Assembly (NCBI RefSeq): GCF_004010195.1
Contig: NC_057718.1
Coordinates: 24,235,309 to 24,295,082, forward strand
DNA: 59,774 nt
DNA from: Chiloscyllium plagiosum
Lineage: Eukaryota
Reading direction: 5' to 3'
In this document: positions 48,978 through 59,774 of the stretch, piece after piece
Layout: the number at the start of each line of letters is the position of its first letter
Numbering within the stretch: position 1 is the first letter of the stretch
The notes under the pieces: model-generated
Database searches by the model: none
Seen by the model: the letters and a program-made list of their open reading frames with translations, nothing else
What the model was told of the DNA's origin: nothing
Made by a program: the position numbers and the translations under genes

Positions 48978-50759
48978 GTAAGTTTTCTAAAACTTCAGAT
49001 TGTACAGCAAAAAATCTGCTTTGGTAAGCAGTATGTTCCAAAGCAGCTGCAGCATATATAATGAATGAATTTATATCTGGAAAAGCAGGCTGTTATTAAT
49101 GAGTGCAAATTAACTGATGTTTATTGTGCCAAAGTTGCAGGTGTAAAAGCTCAGGGAGACTATTCTTTCCCCATATCACTTATTGTACATCAGACATTAA
49201 AAATGAAATTCTAGTTTTGTGATGCATCCAAGATTTGCTAATTGCTTTGAAGATGATATCGAACTTTAGTTCAAACACTGGTGTTGTTTATCTTGGAAGA
49301 CTTGGTGGTTGATGGCAACATTCCCGAATGTGGTAATATTGTACTTCAGTGAATGAGAATCAGGATGAAAAGTAGATAGCTCTTTTTATGATCTTAATTG
49401 AACTTCATAGAGAAAAGACAGAAGTGGAATATGTCAACCGATGACTGAACACTGCCATTTGAATCTGTTTTTGTTCCTCTTTGCACCAATCTTGTTTTTT
49501 TCCACTCATATTGGGGTAAGGTGTTGTGCATGCCAGCAGTTCTGATGTTTCACACTCAGGCCATTCCTTAAGAGATAAACATGCATAGTGTACGTGACCC
49601 CAGCTGAACTGTGGGGATGTCATCACCGATCTCCATTCTATTTTGGCTTGACCGTTCACATGGTTTGTAGGCCAGTTCCCTTAAAAGAAATAACAATGTT
49701 CTTGTTCACCAAGATGTAAGTTGATGTTCACTAACTCTGGATTTGATTTGGGGCCCTTCCCAATCTGTTCCGCTCAATAACATATCATACATTTACTCAT
49801 CAGAGCTTTGTAAATCCCCTATGCAGGCAGTTTAAAGTAGAAGTGAATTTCAAGCATGATCAATGGCATGATGATTGATGGCATCTATAGTACAAGGCTG
49901 GTACTGGAGATTACTCCTCTCTCAATTAAGTTTTATTGTAAGATCCATATAATAAACTAATATGTCCTGTGTTCTGTTCCATGCCCTTGATTGTTCCTTT
50001 TTTTTTAACTCCTCAGGAACCAATCTGTTCTTCCCCCTTCTCTTTGGAGTGCAGACATAGTTTGGTACTTTATTCAAGTGGCCATTAGTCATTTGTGTCC
50101 TGACAGTGAGTGCTGGCAGATTATTTAACCTTGCCAAGAAGGAGGGAATACATTACAGCTGAGCCTGACCCTGCATTTCTGTATGTGTACATTCCAGGCA
50201 GAGGTTACAGCATAGCTTTAAAACATTTGTATCTTGATGCCTTTTTTGTTTTTGCCTTTTGAACTTGAGATGGATCAAATGAGTTTTTTTTTGCACACTT
50301 ACCACATTGAGAAACAAGTAATTCAGCAAAAACTGGACAATGGGCATTGGACCTCTACAATTTCCATTACTCAATTGCTCCCAAGATAAACTTGCTGAGC
50401 TATTAGTGGGAGGATCTGTGCCATGACTGAATTTGAGGCAGTGTTGAGATGGGATCTTCTTGATCATCCAGTGCCTTCCTGTATCCCCTATTAGAAGTAT
50501 GTTTAGTCACTGTGTGAAATCATTTGAATATAATGTGAAGAAAAGCTTGCATTTGTGTAGTTCCTTCTACAGTCTCTTAATGTCTGGTTCATGGTACAAC
50601 TAATGAACCACATTCACACTGCAGAGACATGCAGCAACAAAAAAAAATGCATTAATTTCAGTGTTGTTTAGAGGTGAAATATTGGCCAGGACACATACCA
50701 TGAATAAAGCTGTTGGATCCTCAATGTCCAAGTGAGGGAGGGGCTCTTGCTTAGAAGTG

Positions 50760-51178
50760 TCATCCAAAATCCAGCACTTCCAACAACTCAGCACCCCATG
50801 CACCTTCTTCAGCAATTGCTCCCTTCGTCACTGCTGTACAGTGACAGCATTATGTACAGAAGCATTTGCAGTAACTCACCAAAGCTCCTCCAACAGCATA
50901 CTCCAAGCCTATAACTTCAATCACCTGAAGGGCAAGGGTAGCAGATGCATGGGCAGCACCACAACCTGAAAGCTTCCCTCAAAGCCACATTCCTTTCTGT
51001 CTTCTAATTATTAATTTTTTTTTCTTCACACTCACATGATCAAAATCCTCAAACCCCCTCCCTATCAGCAGTATGGGTTTACCAAACTGTTGGGTTTCAA
51101 GACAGAATCTCAATACCACCTTCCCCAGGACAATTAAGCATGGACAGCCAGAAATGCCCACGTCCCATAAATAAACTT
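50760..51178 (+). mobile_element. LINE 3' fragment (CR1-group)
   Basis: Homologous to 39203-39500. Confidence 0.62.
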
Positions 51179-52232
51179 TAAGAAAAACTGAATACTCAGG
51201 TCATGGAGTGGAGTGGGATGTGAACTCTCAATTTTCTGACTAAGTTGAAACGTTGATCAATGTTCTAAGAATTGTCACCCTGTACTGTAATGACGTTTAT
51301 GGCCAAACAAATGATCAACACTAACTTAATTTCATTACTTAAACAGATGTTTTAACAAGACAGAAGTATACATGGTTGCTGCTATGAATTAGTTAGCATT
51401 TGCATTAATTTGCCATTCTGAGATGAAGAACACCAAGGTAATAGAACAGGGAAAGGTTTAAGGCAAAGTGTAACTGCAAAAATATTGGAGAGAAGGGAAA
51501 AAAAGATTCAGACACTGAGCAGGACTAATTAGAGTGATCCTCCAAAGGAACTTTCTACTTTGTATGCTGTAGCATAGACAGTTCAAACAGAATGAATACA
51601 TGAAATGGCTGGGTTAAAAATCAGATAACTATGATAGATCAGCTAGCAGCTGTCCCACTGGCTCCATGGTTAATATGTTGAAGATTTATCACATATGGTT
51701 TGTGTGGCTCCATAACAATGAGAAGACGATCTCTCAAGCTAGATGGGTACAGCAGTTGTGATTCTTTTAGGCTGTATTTCTTTGTTTGATGTAGGGAAGG
51801 GGAAAATTTGATGTATTTTAAAAAGCAACATTTTATCGGATTACTGTGGTAAAGAGGAAGTAGGTTTCGGTTTTTATGATCAGGCGCAATTATGAAATAG
51901 CAAATACATCAGGACCACCGAATACTACATGAGCCATTACTTCATGTGCGTTAGAGCCAAAATGGACAAGGACCACAACCTAACCTCATTAATACAGATC
52001 ATTAACTGCAGGAAAATGTGCATTTCTGTTCCTCCTCCTCCCCACAGTCTCCACATCCCATTCACATTTTGGCATCCAGATTAATATTGGAATAACAAGT
52101 TTTGGCTTATGAAGGCAACAGTTTTTATCGAAAAACAGCAGCTGATGGTTGTCAAAGTTTATTTTCCATGAATTGTCTCTATTTAATGGTTAAATATCCC
52201 AATAGAAAACTCCAAGGTCACTGGATGATACA

Positions 52233-52705
52233 CAGTCATGGAGTTATACAGCACAGAAACAGACCTTTCGGTCCAACTTGTCCATGCTGACCAGATCAAT
52301 CTAATCCCATTTACCAGCATATCACTCTTAAACCCTTCCTATTCATGTACCCATTCAGTTGCCTTTTAAATGTTGGAATTATACCCACCTCACCAGTTTC
52401 TGTGGTAGCTCATTCCATACACACATCAGCGTCTGAGTCAAAAAGTTGCCCTTTAGGTCCCTTTTTAAATCTTTCCCCTCTCACCTGCCACCTAGTTTTG
52501 GACTCCCCTACGTTGGGGATAAAGACCTTGGCGATTTGTCTGATCCATACTCATGATTTTTTTATTAACCTCTATAAAGTCACCCCTCAGCCTCTGACCT
52601 CCAGGGAAAACAGGCCCAGCCTATTCAGCCTCTCCCTATAAGCTCAAACCCTTCAACCCCTGCAACATCCTTGTAAATCTTTTCTGCATCTTTCCAAGTT
52701 TAACG
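52233..52705 (-). mobile_element. CR1 3' end
   Basis: Homologous to 35307-35600, and retains the segment deleted there. KRFTRMLQGLKGLS in ORF 52636..52827. Confidence 0.85.
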
Positions 52706-53239
52706 ACGGCTTTGGGTTGTGAATTGTACAGCAAATTGAAGGGTAAGTTGACCATAGATTGTAAGGACCTGGAATTAGATAACCAAGAAAGGTCGTATGT
52801 CAACAAATCTTCTGACTCACTGGGCATGCCTTGGTTGAAAACTTACTTGAAACAAGTGATTTTTGTTTTTGGGAGTTCTGGAACCCCAGCGTGGTATGCA
52901 GGCAGTTAAGATAGTGGACAAGTGCCCTGGGCTTTTGGTTCTGATATTATAAGCTTTTAGGACCTCCAGTGTGGCTCTCACAATCCGACCCTCATGGCTG
53001 CTTATAGGACATGGCTTCATTTGCTGACACCCAGGCAAGCGAGACGTAGCAGCAAAATCCCTGAATTGTTTATTTCATTAATGATTAAAAACTTGACAAA
53101 CCATTAAAACTGAAAGAAAGGAAAAAGTGAAGAACAAAAAAAACCTGTTAAATATAAGACATTTTTGTTTTGTTTTAAGAATCGGCTTTATAGTGTACGT
53201 ACGCAAAATAAAAATTAAAAATGCAAAGTTGGAATTTAT

Positions 53240-53457
53240 CAGTGGATGGTTGGTGACAGCAGACACACTCAATGAGCATTAGTGAACCAAATGAGTTTTT
53301 ATGATAATAGTTACATATTAACCATTAAATCAGCTCTTTATTCCCGATTCTTGAATTCAAATTTCACCATCTGCTGTGATAAGGTTTGAACCCATGCCCT
53401 GGGATCACTGATCTAGATTATTAGTCCAGTGATATTATAACCATACTACTTCCTCCC
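53240..53457 (-). mobile_element. tRNA-derived SINE fragment
   Basis: gaattcaaatttcaccatctgc...ggtttgaaccc, homologous to 18760-19097. Confidence 0.62.
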
Positions 53458-55389
53458 TTTTAACACATTTTGGAAATGTCAAATTACAGCAGAAAAAAAT
53501 ACATTCTACACTCTCAACAGCATCCCTTTACACTACTCAAACAATAGAGTGAGTCCCCTTGTTTTTTTATCAAATCTGTTGGTTTGACCTAACTGTTGCT
53601 TTCAAGTCCTGACGTTGAGAATCTGATTATCTCTTTCTTGAGTATTCTCACAAGAGTTTAGATTTTCTCAGCTTTGAATAGACTCTATCATGTTTTAAAA
53701 CATAACTTTTTGGTCTGGAACCTTTAAGCTAAAACTGCTACAGAGAGGTAACCTATTAACTTTCTAAATCAACATTGAACTTCAACCAGGACTTCTGCAA
53801 ACTGGCAAGAAAAGCTTCCCAAGCTTTGGGTGTTTTCCCCTCAGCAAAACAAAGCTTGATCCGCCTAACTGAAAACAGGCTAATTGTCTTGAATGATTAA
53901 TTGTCTCATAAAACTCTCCCAATACAAACAAATTCCGATTAGCATTCCAGGAACTCATTTGTTCATACTGGCTGGAAAAAAAAATCATGATCCAGAAAGC
54001 CTGATAAGTTGATTCTTCAACCCCTTCATACACTGAGATCAAAACCCACATTCCACTTGTTCAAAGTTCAGTTTCTAAAACCCATGCTATTAAAATGTAT
54101 TTAAATCATACATCTTATATCAGAACCTATTCAAACCTTTTATTCTCTTCCCATTACAATGAGATTAATAGCTTGTGTAAACTTCTTGTCAGATCCAATT
54201 CAAGACAGCTAAGCATTTAGGAGACTCTTCAAGCTGTCAATCAACATGTAAACTGTGAATATTCTGAACTCCTGAGAAATTGTAATCTATGAAACTAATC
54301 CAAGCATTCATAATGACATATATCATGCTATTTTTGCTTCAGTAATCCAGGGTATGGGGTAGATGGGAATGTGAATTTGGAGCACAAGGTCAGTCATTAA
54401 ATGGCAGAACAGGCTAGAGGGCCAATTGGTACATCTGTTCCAATTTCATACATTTATGTGCTTGGATAATGATAGACCTTGAGGTTACAGCAAAGAACTT
54501 TTTTTGAAAATGCATCTTATAGATGCTACTTTATTTGTGTAACCTTAGCCCAGGTTAATCAAAACTGTTCAGCACTGGGTTTTTAAACTCTCACTGAGCC
54601 TTTTTATGTTTAAAATAATACATTTTTTAAAGAGACAACTTCAGATCATGATCATAACACAGAAGTTATCCTTTCTTCAAGAGTGTTTGTGGCTACTCCC
54701 ATCAACTTGAAACTCTCAAAAACAAAAAAAGCCAAGTGGAGTTCAAGTTCAGCACTGAATTCAGATGCCCCTGCTGAGTTCAGGTTTCTGTCCTGTGTTA
54801 GTGACAGCCCACCGCCTTCCTGACTGATTTAAAAAATCCAATCTGCGAGTAATGGGGACGGGGACGGTTCATCTCTGTCCTATCCCACCATCTTTACAGG
54901 TCCATGGCATCTTTTAAACTCCTGAGCCCTAAGCCACTGGCCGTCCTTGTGGGGATGGCTGTGGCATCCAAACCAATCTGATGGGACCCCAGTCTGATTT
55001 ATTGCCCCTCTGAAAAATATCAAGGACAGAGTATCCAAGGAACAGTTTTTAGACAAAAAAAAGGACTAGCTTTATGACATATTACTCCGGCATGTGTCAG
55101 AACCCACCCCACCCTCCCAACCCCATCAAGCTATCTGTGAGACAACTTCAATGAAGGAATATCCAACATTGTACAGGACATTACGTTAGGAACAACAGCT
55201 TGGATGCTGTGTGAGATAACGTTTCAGGACTAGTATTAAAATACAAGCTAATTCTGATCATTCACCTTAAATGCTCGCTCTTCCATGAAACTGGACTGTT
55301 AGACTGGTCCACCACATCCACAACAGCAACTTGTATTTATGTAGCACCTTTTACACAGTCCTTTAACCCAAGGTGCTTTCCCCAGATGG

Positions 55390-55586
55390 TGATGGTAGAA
55401 GGGGCATGGAATGCTCTGCTTGCAACAGTAGTAGACTCGCCAACTTTAGGGGCATTTAAATGATCATTGGATAAATATATGGATGATAATGGAATAGTGT
55501 AGGTTAGATGGGCTTCAGATTGGTTTCATAGGTCGGCGCAGCATTGAGGGCCGAAGGGCCTGTACTGCACTGATTGTTCTATGTTG
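55390..55586 (+). mobile_element. CR1 3' end
   Basis: Encodes WNALLATVVD..TL.AFK..LDKYM, followed by a gggccgaagggcctgtactgc tail. Confidence 0.82.
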
Positions 55587-56639
55587 AATGTTAACTGTGC
55601 AGCTACTGATGGACTAAGCAAGATCAGGTAGTTGACAAATAATTGGTTCATTTCAAGGACAAGTTGCCGATAATGTTTTAGAATGTTGGAAAGTATTGAG
55701 ATAAAAATCAAATGAGAAATGAATATTAGTGTGAAGTATGGGGTTATGAAATAGGTTGATATTTTTCAATGGTAACATTAATTCCAGAGAGAAAAGGAAC
55801 ATTGAGATCAAGTTAACAAGCAAAACCATTAAGCAGTACAAATTTGTAGAGGAAGCAATTAGACATACTTCTGAGACAGAACATTAAAGGATACAGAGAG
55901 GGGGTAATCAATCAAGAATGATGATCTTGTTCTTCAATAACTTCCAATTGCTAAGTATCGTTATTGTTACTAACAAACATTGGATTAGGAATGGAGCAGT
56001 TTAAGTACCTAATATAATTCAGTATTGTCTTGTATAAATCTCGCTGATAAGGAAGAGAAATCCTGAAAATAGCCAAGATGTAATTCTGATGTACTTTAAC
56101 TATATAAAGCATCAGTATATTTTATTATAAGCCACAGAGCGCGAAGAATAGGAATGCGTTCAAAGACATATTAATTGTAAAGCAGTGTAAACTGTAAAAA
56201 AAAAGCAGTGGGTTGATTGAGGAATAAAAATTCAGATCTCATGGTACAGGCAGCTAGTGGGGATAAACCACCAGATGAGTATTTTGCATCACCTTTCATC
56301 AAGGAAGGGGCCTTTGTCTAAGTGACGAGGTGCTTGAAAACTGACAAAAAAAATGATGTGAAGAACATTCCAGTACTGGAAGTGCTGCTTCTTATAATAT
56401 GCACTAATAACATGGAAGTGGGAGCATTATTTTGAAATTTATAGATGGACTGTAATATAGTCCCTTCCTAACAGCACTGTGGGTGTACCCGCACCACATG
56501 GACAACAAATTGACTACCACCACCTTCTTGAGGGCAATTAAGGATGAGCAGCATTGTCACCGGGACCTGGGACAAGGGGATAATCAGATCCTAATGACTG
56601 CACCGAGGAGTTTAAGTGGACCCCTATGCTGTGGTACAC

Positions 56640-57688
56640 GTACACGTCTTCCTACCTCCACTCCTGTAAAAACACAATCCCTTGCTCCCAATTTCTTTGC
56701 CTCTGCTATATCTGCTCCCAAGAGGAGCCATTCCACTCCAAGACATCCCAGATGGCCTCCTATTTCAAGGATCACAATTTCCCCCCTCACTTAATCAACA
56801 ATACCCTCCAGCACATCTCTTCCACTCCCCCCCACCCTGCCCTTGAACCCCACCTCTCCAAATGCAACATGGATAGAACCCCACCACCTTCCACCCCACT
56901 AATCTTAGGATACAGCACATTATAGGTGGGAAAAATTGCAGTGGACAATCAGACATCGCCATCAGAGATATATTTCCTCCACACTCCTATCGGCATTCCA
57001 GAGAGACCATTCTCTCCACAACTCCCTCGATAGGTCCATGCCATCCCCCTCAACCCACCCTCCACACTCGGCACCTTCTCTTGCCACCACAAGAGGTGTA
57101 AAACCTGAACCCACACCTTCCCCCCTTACCTCTGTCCAAGGCCCCAAAGGATGCTTCCACATCTGGCAGAGATCTTCCTGCACATCCAAGCACCTCCTCA
57201 TCTGTGTCCATGGTTCTCGATGTGGTACACTGGGAAAACAGGATGCCAAATAGCTGAACATTTCAGGGAACATCTCTAGGGCACACCCACCAAACAACCC
57301 ACTGTCCTGTGACCAACCACTTCAGTTCCCCCTCTCACTCCACCAAGGGCATGCAAGTCCTGGTCCGCCTCCTCCGCCAAATCCAAGCCATCAATGCCTG
57401 AAGAAAGAATGCCTCATCTTCTACCTTGGGACCCTCCAACCACATGGCATCGACATCGACTTCACCGGTTTCCTTATCGCCCCCCTCCTCCCACCTCAAC
57501 CTAGATCCAACCCTCCAACTCGGAACTACCCTCTTGAACTATCTTACCCATCCATCTTGCTTCCCGCCTATCCATGCCACCCTCCCCTCTGACCTATCTT
57601 CATCACCCTGCCACCAGCATCTGCCAATCACCTTCCCAGCAACTTGCCCCACAGTGCCACCCCAACCCTCCTATTTATTTCTCAGCTG
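56640..57688 (+). mobile_element. Penelope-like element: RT thumb/linker and GIY-YIG remnant plus C-rich 3' UTR, degenerate
   Basis: Reads YTSSYLHSCKNTIPCSQFLCLCYICSQEEPFHSKTSQMASYFKDHNFP, LSAFQRDHSLHNSL and SVQGPKGCFHIWQRSSCTSKHLLICVHGSRCG. The 3' part is homologous to 16870-17260. Confidence 0.87.
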
Positions 57689-59139
57689 AACAGTCCCAGT
57701 AACTTTATTATGTTGGAATTTTGAAAACTCCATTCAAGACAAGTCAGTGTAATTGAACTTTGTTTCTAGCTTTTGTTCTCCTCCTCCATTGTGATAGGGA
57801 AATGGGAATAAATTTGGAACGGTTCATTTGTGATCCTTTAATCTTTTGATTTTTATTATGTTCTTACTTACATCCTAATGCCTCTGCTGTCCTCTGTCTG
57901 CACTGCACATAATTAACGGCTAAAATGGAAAGGTTTATACAACTACTAACTCTGTGGAGAGCAATTCCTTTCAGACAGTATGTTCTTCTGACAAACATTT
58001 CTGGCAGTACATACCATAACTTGTCATTTGAAGTTCTGCCTTCAAACTGGCTGTAAGTTTTCATTTATACTGCAGAGCAATTATATGCTAATTAGCTACA
58101 TGTTGCACTCATGATTTAAATCAATTCTGCTTTGAACTTTGACCAAAGAGCAGAAAATGAGAGCTAATAAAGTTTGATGGTTGGTGAGATTTAAGCAGTG
58201 ATTAGTTTGGCCAATGAAAAAAAATCGAATTATCCAAAATTGTTTTTTAACAAGTCCTTTTGAAATGTTATTTAACAGCAGATTACATTTAGCCCTTGTG
58301 ACTCGGAGCTTGTAAATCTGTTTAGTGTTCTTTCTTGGTATAAATATTAAAGAAAGAGACAGGGTGAAATCTTTTATAGAGTTTGGAGCAATATGGGTTA
58401 TGGTGAGATCTGTGGTTGAACTAGACAAGAAATCCAGTGAGGCCCACTTCAGTCATTGTTTGATTTCCATCAAGTATCATGGCGAGGTTCTTACCAGACA
58501 GACAACAGTGCGATGCTAATTGATGAGGATTAACACTTGTTAAAGGCCACAAGTTGTCTCATTAAATATTCAGCCTCTCCTCTCTCCAAATTCAGCGAAC
58601 AAGCTAGGTTTGAGGAAACCAGAGCTGGTACCTGGTAGATTGAGCTGACCACTTGCACTGCACAACTTCCGAGTTGCCTACAATCAATGATTAGTGAGCA
58701 CTAAGTGCGTGCACCCCTGGTTCACAGATGCTAACATCTAACATCTGCTTTTACATCATGACCAACTGACGTTTCTACTGTACACTGGAAGCACAGATTT
58801 ATTGAAACGATGCAGAGGGATGCTTTGCGCACAAGGACAGACCTCCAGCTTGTGTCCAGACTGAGGCCTGCAGACTCCTAGCAGGTGGGGAACAGCATGG
58901 AATGTGACATAGGGACATAGACAGGTACGATGGGAAAGGGTTTAATGTGTAGGGTGTGCAGAAGAAAGAGGTCCATGCTCAGGAGCACCATGGCTTCAAA
59001 TATGCATTATGAGAGATTGGGGATAGGGAAATGAGAGAGTGAGGGAAGGTGTTGCATGCAATAGTGTGAGGAGCAGAGGATGAGCTTTGGTGGGAGATGA
59101 GTGCAGAAACGGTTTGAGTGTGAGGTACCAGAAAGAGGA

Positions 59140-59370
59140 TGATGGCACTTAACCCTGACCACCTGAATTGCTGGTCATTGCTCAGCACTCTGGAGATGAC
59201 AATGATCCAGATAGCAACATCGTATCAGGCTGATTAGGCTCTAGTGTCCACCAAGAAGTACGTTCATGAAGAGGACACCTCTCCTCTGGAGTAGCCCGTC
59301 CACCTGGACCTGCAGCTGCCTACTTGTGAATCACAGTGGCATCTCTCTCTTACCTCTATCCCCAACATGT
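59140..59370 (-). pseudogene. Probable PIF/Harbinger Myb/SANT-like gene remnant
   Basis: The minus frame reads REMPL*FTSRQLQVQVDGLLQRRGVLF, resembling the Myb_DNA-bind_5-type start (APRF...LE.L...V..RR.VLF). The stop could be a CGA->TGA change. Confidence 0.45.
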
Positions 59371-59580
59371 TCAGTAAAACAGACCATCTTCAGAATGCCC
59401 CTGCTCATCTGCTGCACAGCAAATGTGATGTAGACGCAACGGATTCTGGTGTTTTGACAAATATCCACTAAGTGGCAAGTTAAAGTATAGTAAAATGATG
59501 TGGAACTAAGATGTGAGACACGTGTCATAAGGAAGGGCTAAGTAATTGAGGTGAATTTGGTAAAGGTCGGGGGATTGAGA

Positions 59581-59774
59581 ATGTATTTGGAAAGGCGAGG
59601 ACTGATTCAGGATAGTCAACATGGCTTTGTGCGTGGGAAATCATGTCTCACAAACCTGATTGAGTTTTTTGAAGAAGTAACAAAGAGGATTGATGAGGGC
59701 AGAGCAGTAGATGTGATCTATATGGACTTCAGTAAGGCGTTCGACCAGGTTCCCCATGGGAGACTGATTAGCAA
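59581..59774 (+). mobile_element. Young CR1 LINE reverse-transcriptase segment running off the window
   Basis: Uninterrupted frame MYLERRGLIQDSQHGFVRGKSCLTNLIEFFEEVTKRIDEGRAVDVIYMDFSKAFDQVPHGRLIS. Confidence 0.92.

Noticed and set aside
48978..59774. Next FMN2 exon (expected F..T..YF.MKPK.GEKEV..W.EF)
   Set aside because: Not found by eye. It is presumably downstream of the window.

Overview
Eukaryotic genomic DNA, very likely from a cartilaginous fish (shark): it carries HE1-type V-SINEs, abundant CR1 LINEs and Penelope-like elements, on an AT-rich, CpG-poor background. The whole window lies inside one + strand gene, formin-2 (FMN2). Four GT-AG exons (60, 121, 93 and 52 nt) splice in frame and encode the C-terminal part of the FH2 domain. 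The flanking exons were not found and appear to lie outside the window. The rest is intron with many retroelement relics (CR1, L2-like, Rex1/Babar-like, tRNA-derived SINEs, Penelope-like elements, LTR-like pieces and a probable Harbinger Myb/SANT remnant). The most striking non-coding signal is a set of minimal hammerhead ribozyme (HHR) motifs (CTGANGA-helix II-GAAAC-GTC) from at least four Penelope-like lineages. Several sit in young fold-back insertions with target-site duplications and an asymmetric tail of about 34-39 nt. There is also a tandem array of tRNA-like units near 39.8-40.2 kb and a 213-nt assembly gap. Most ORFs in the supplied track are spurious or transposon-derived. Family assignments come from recognising motifs by eye, not from database searches.
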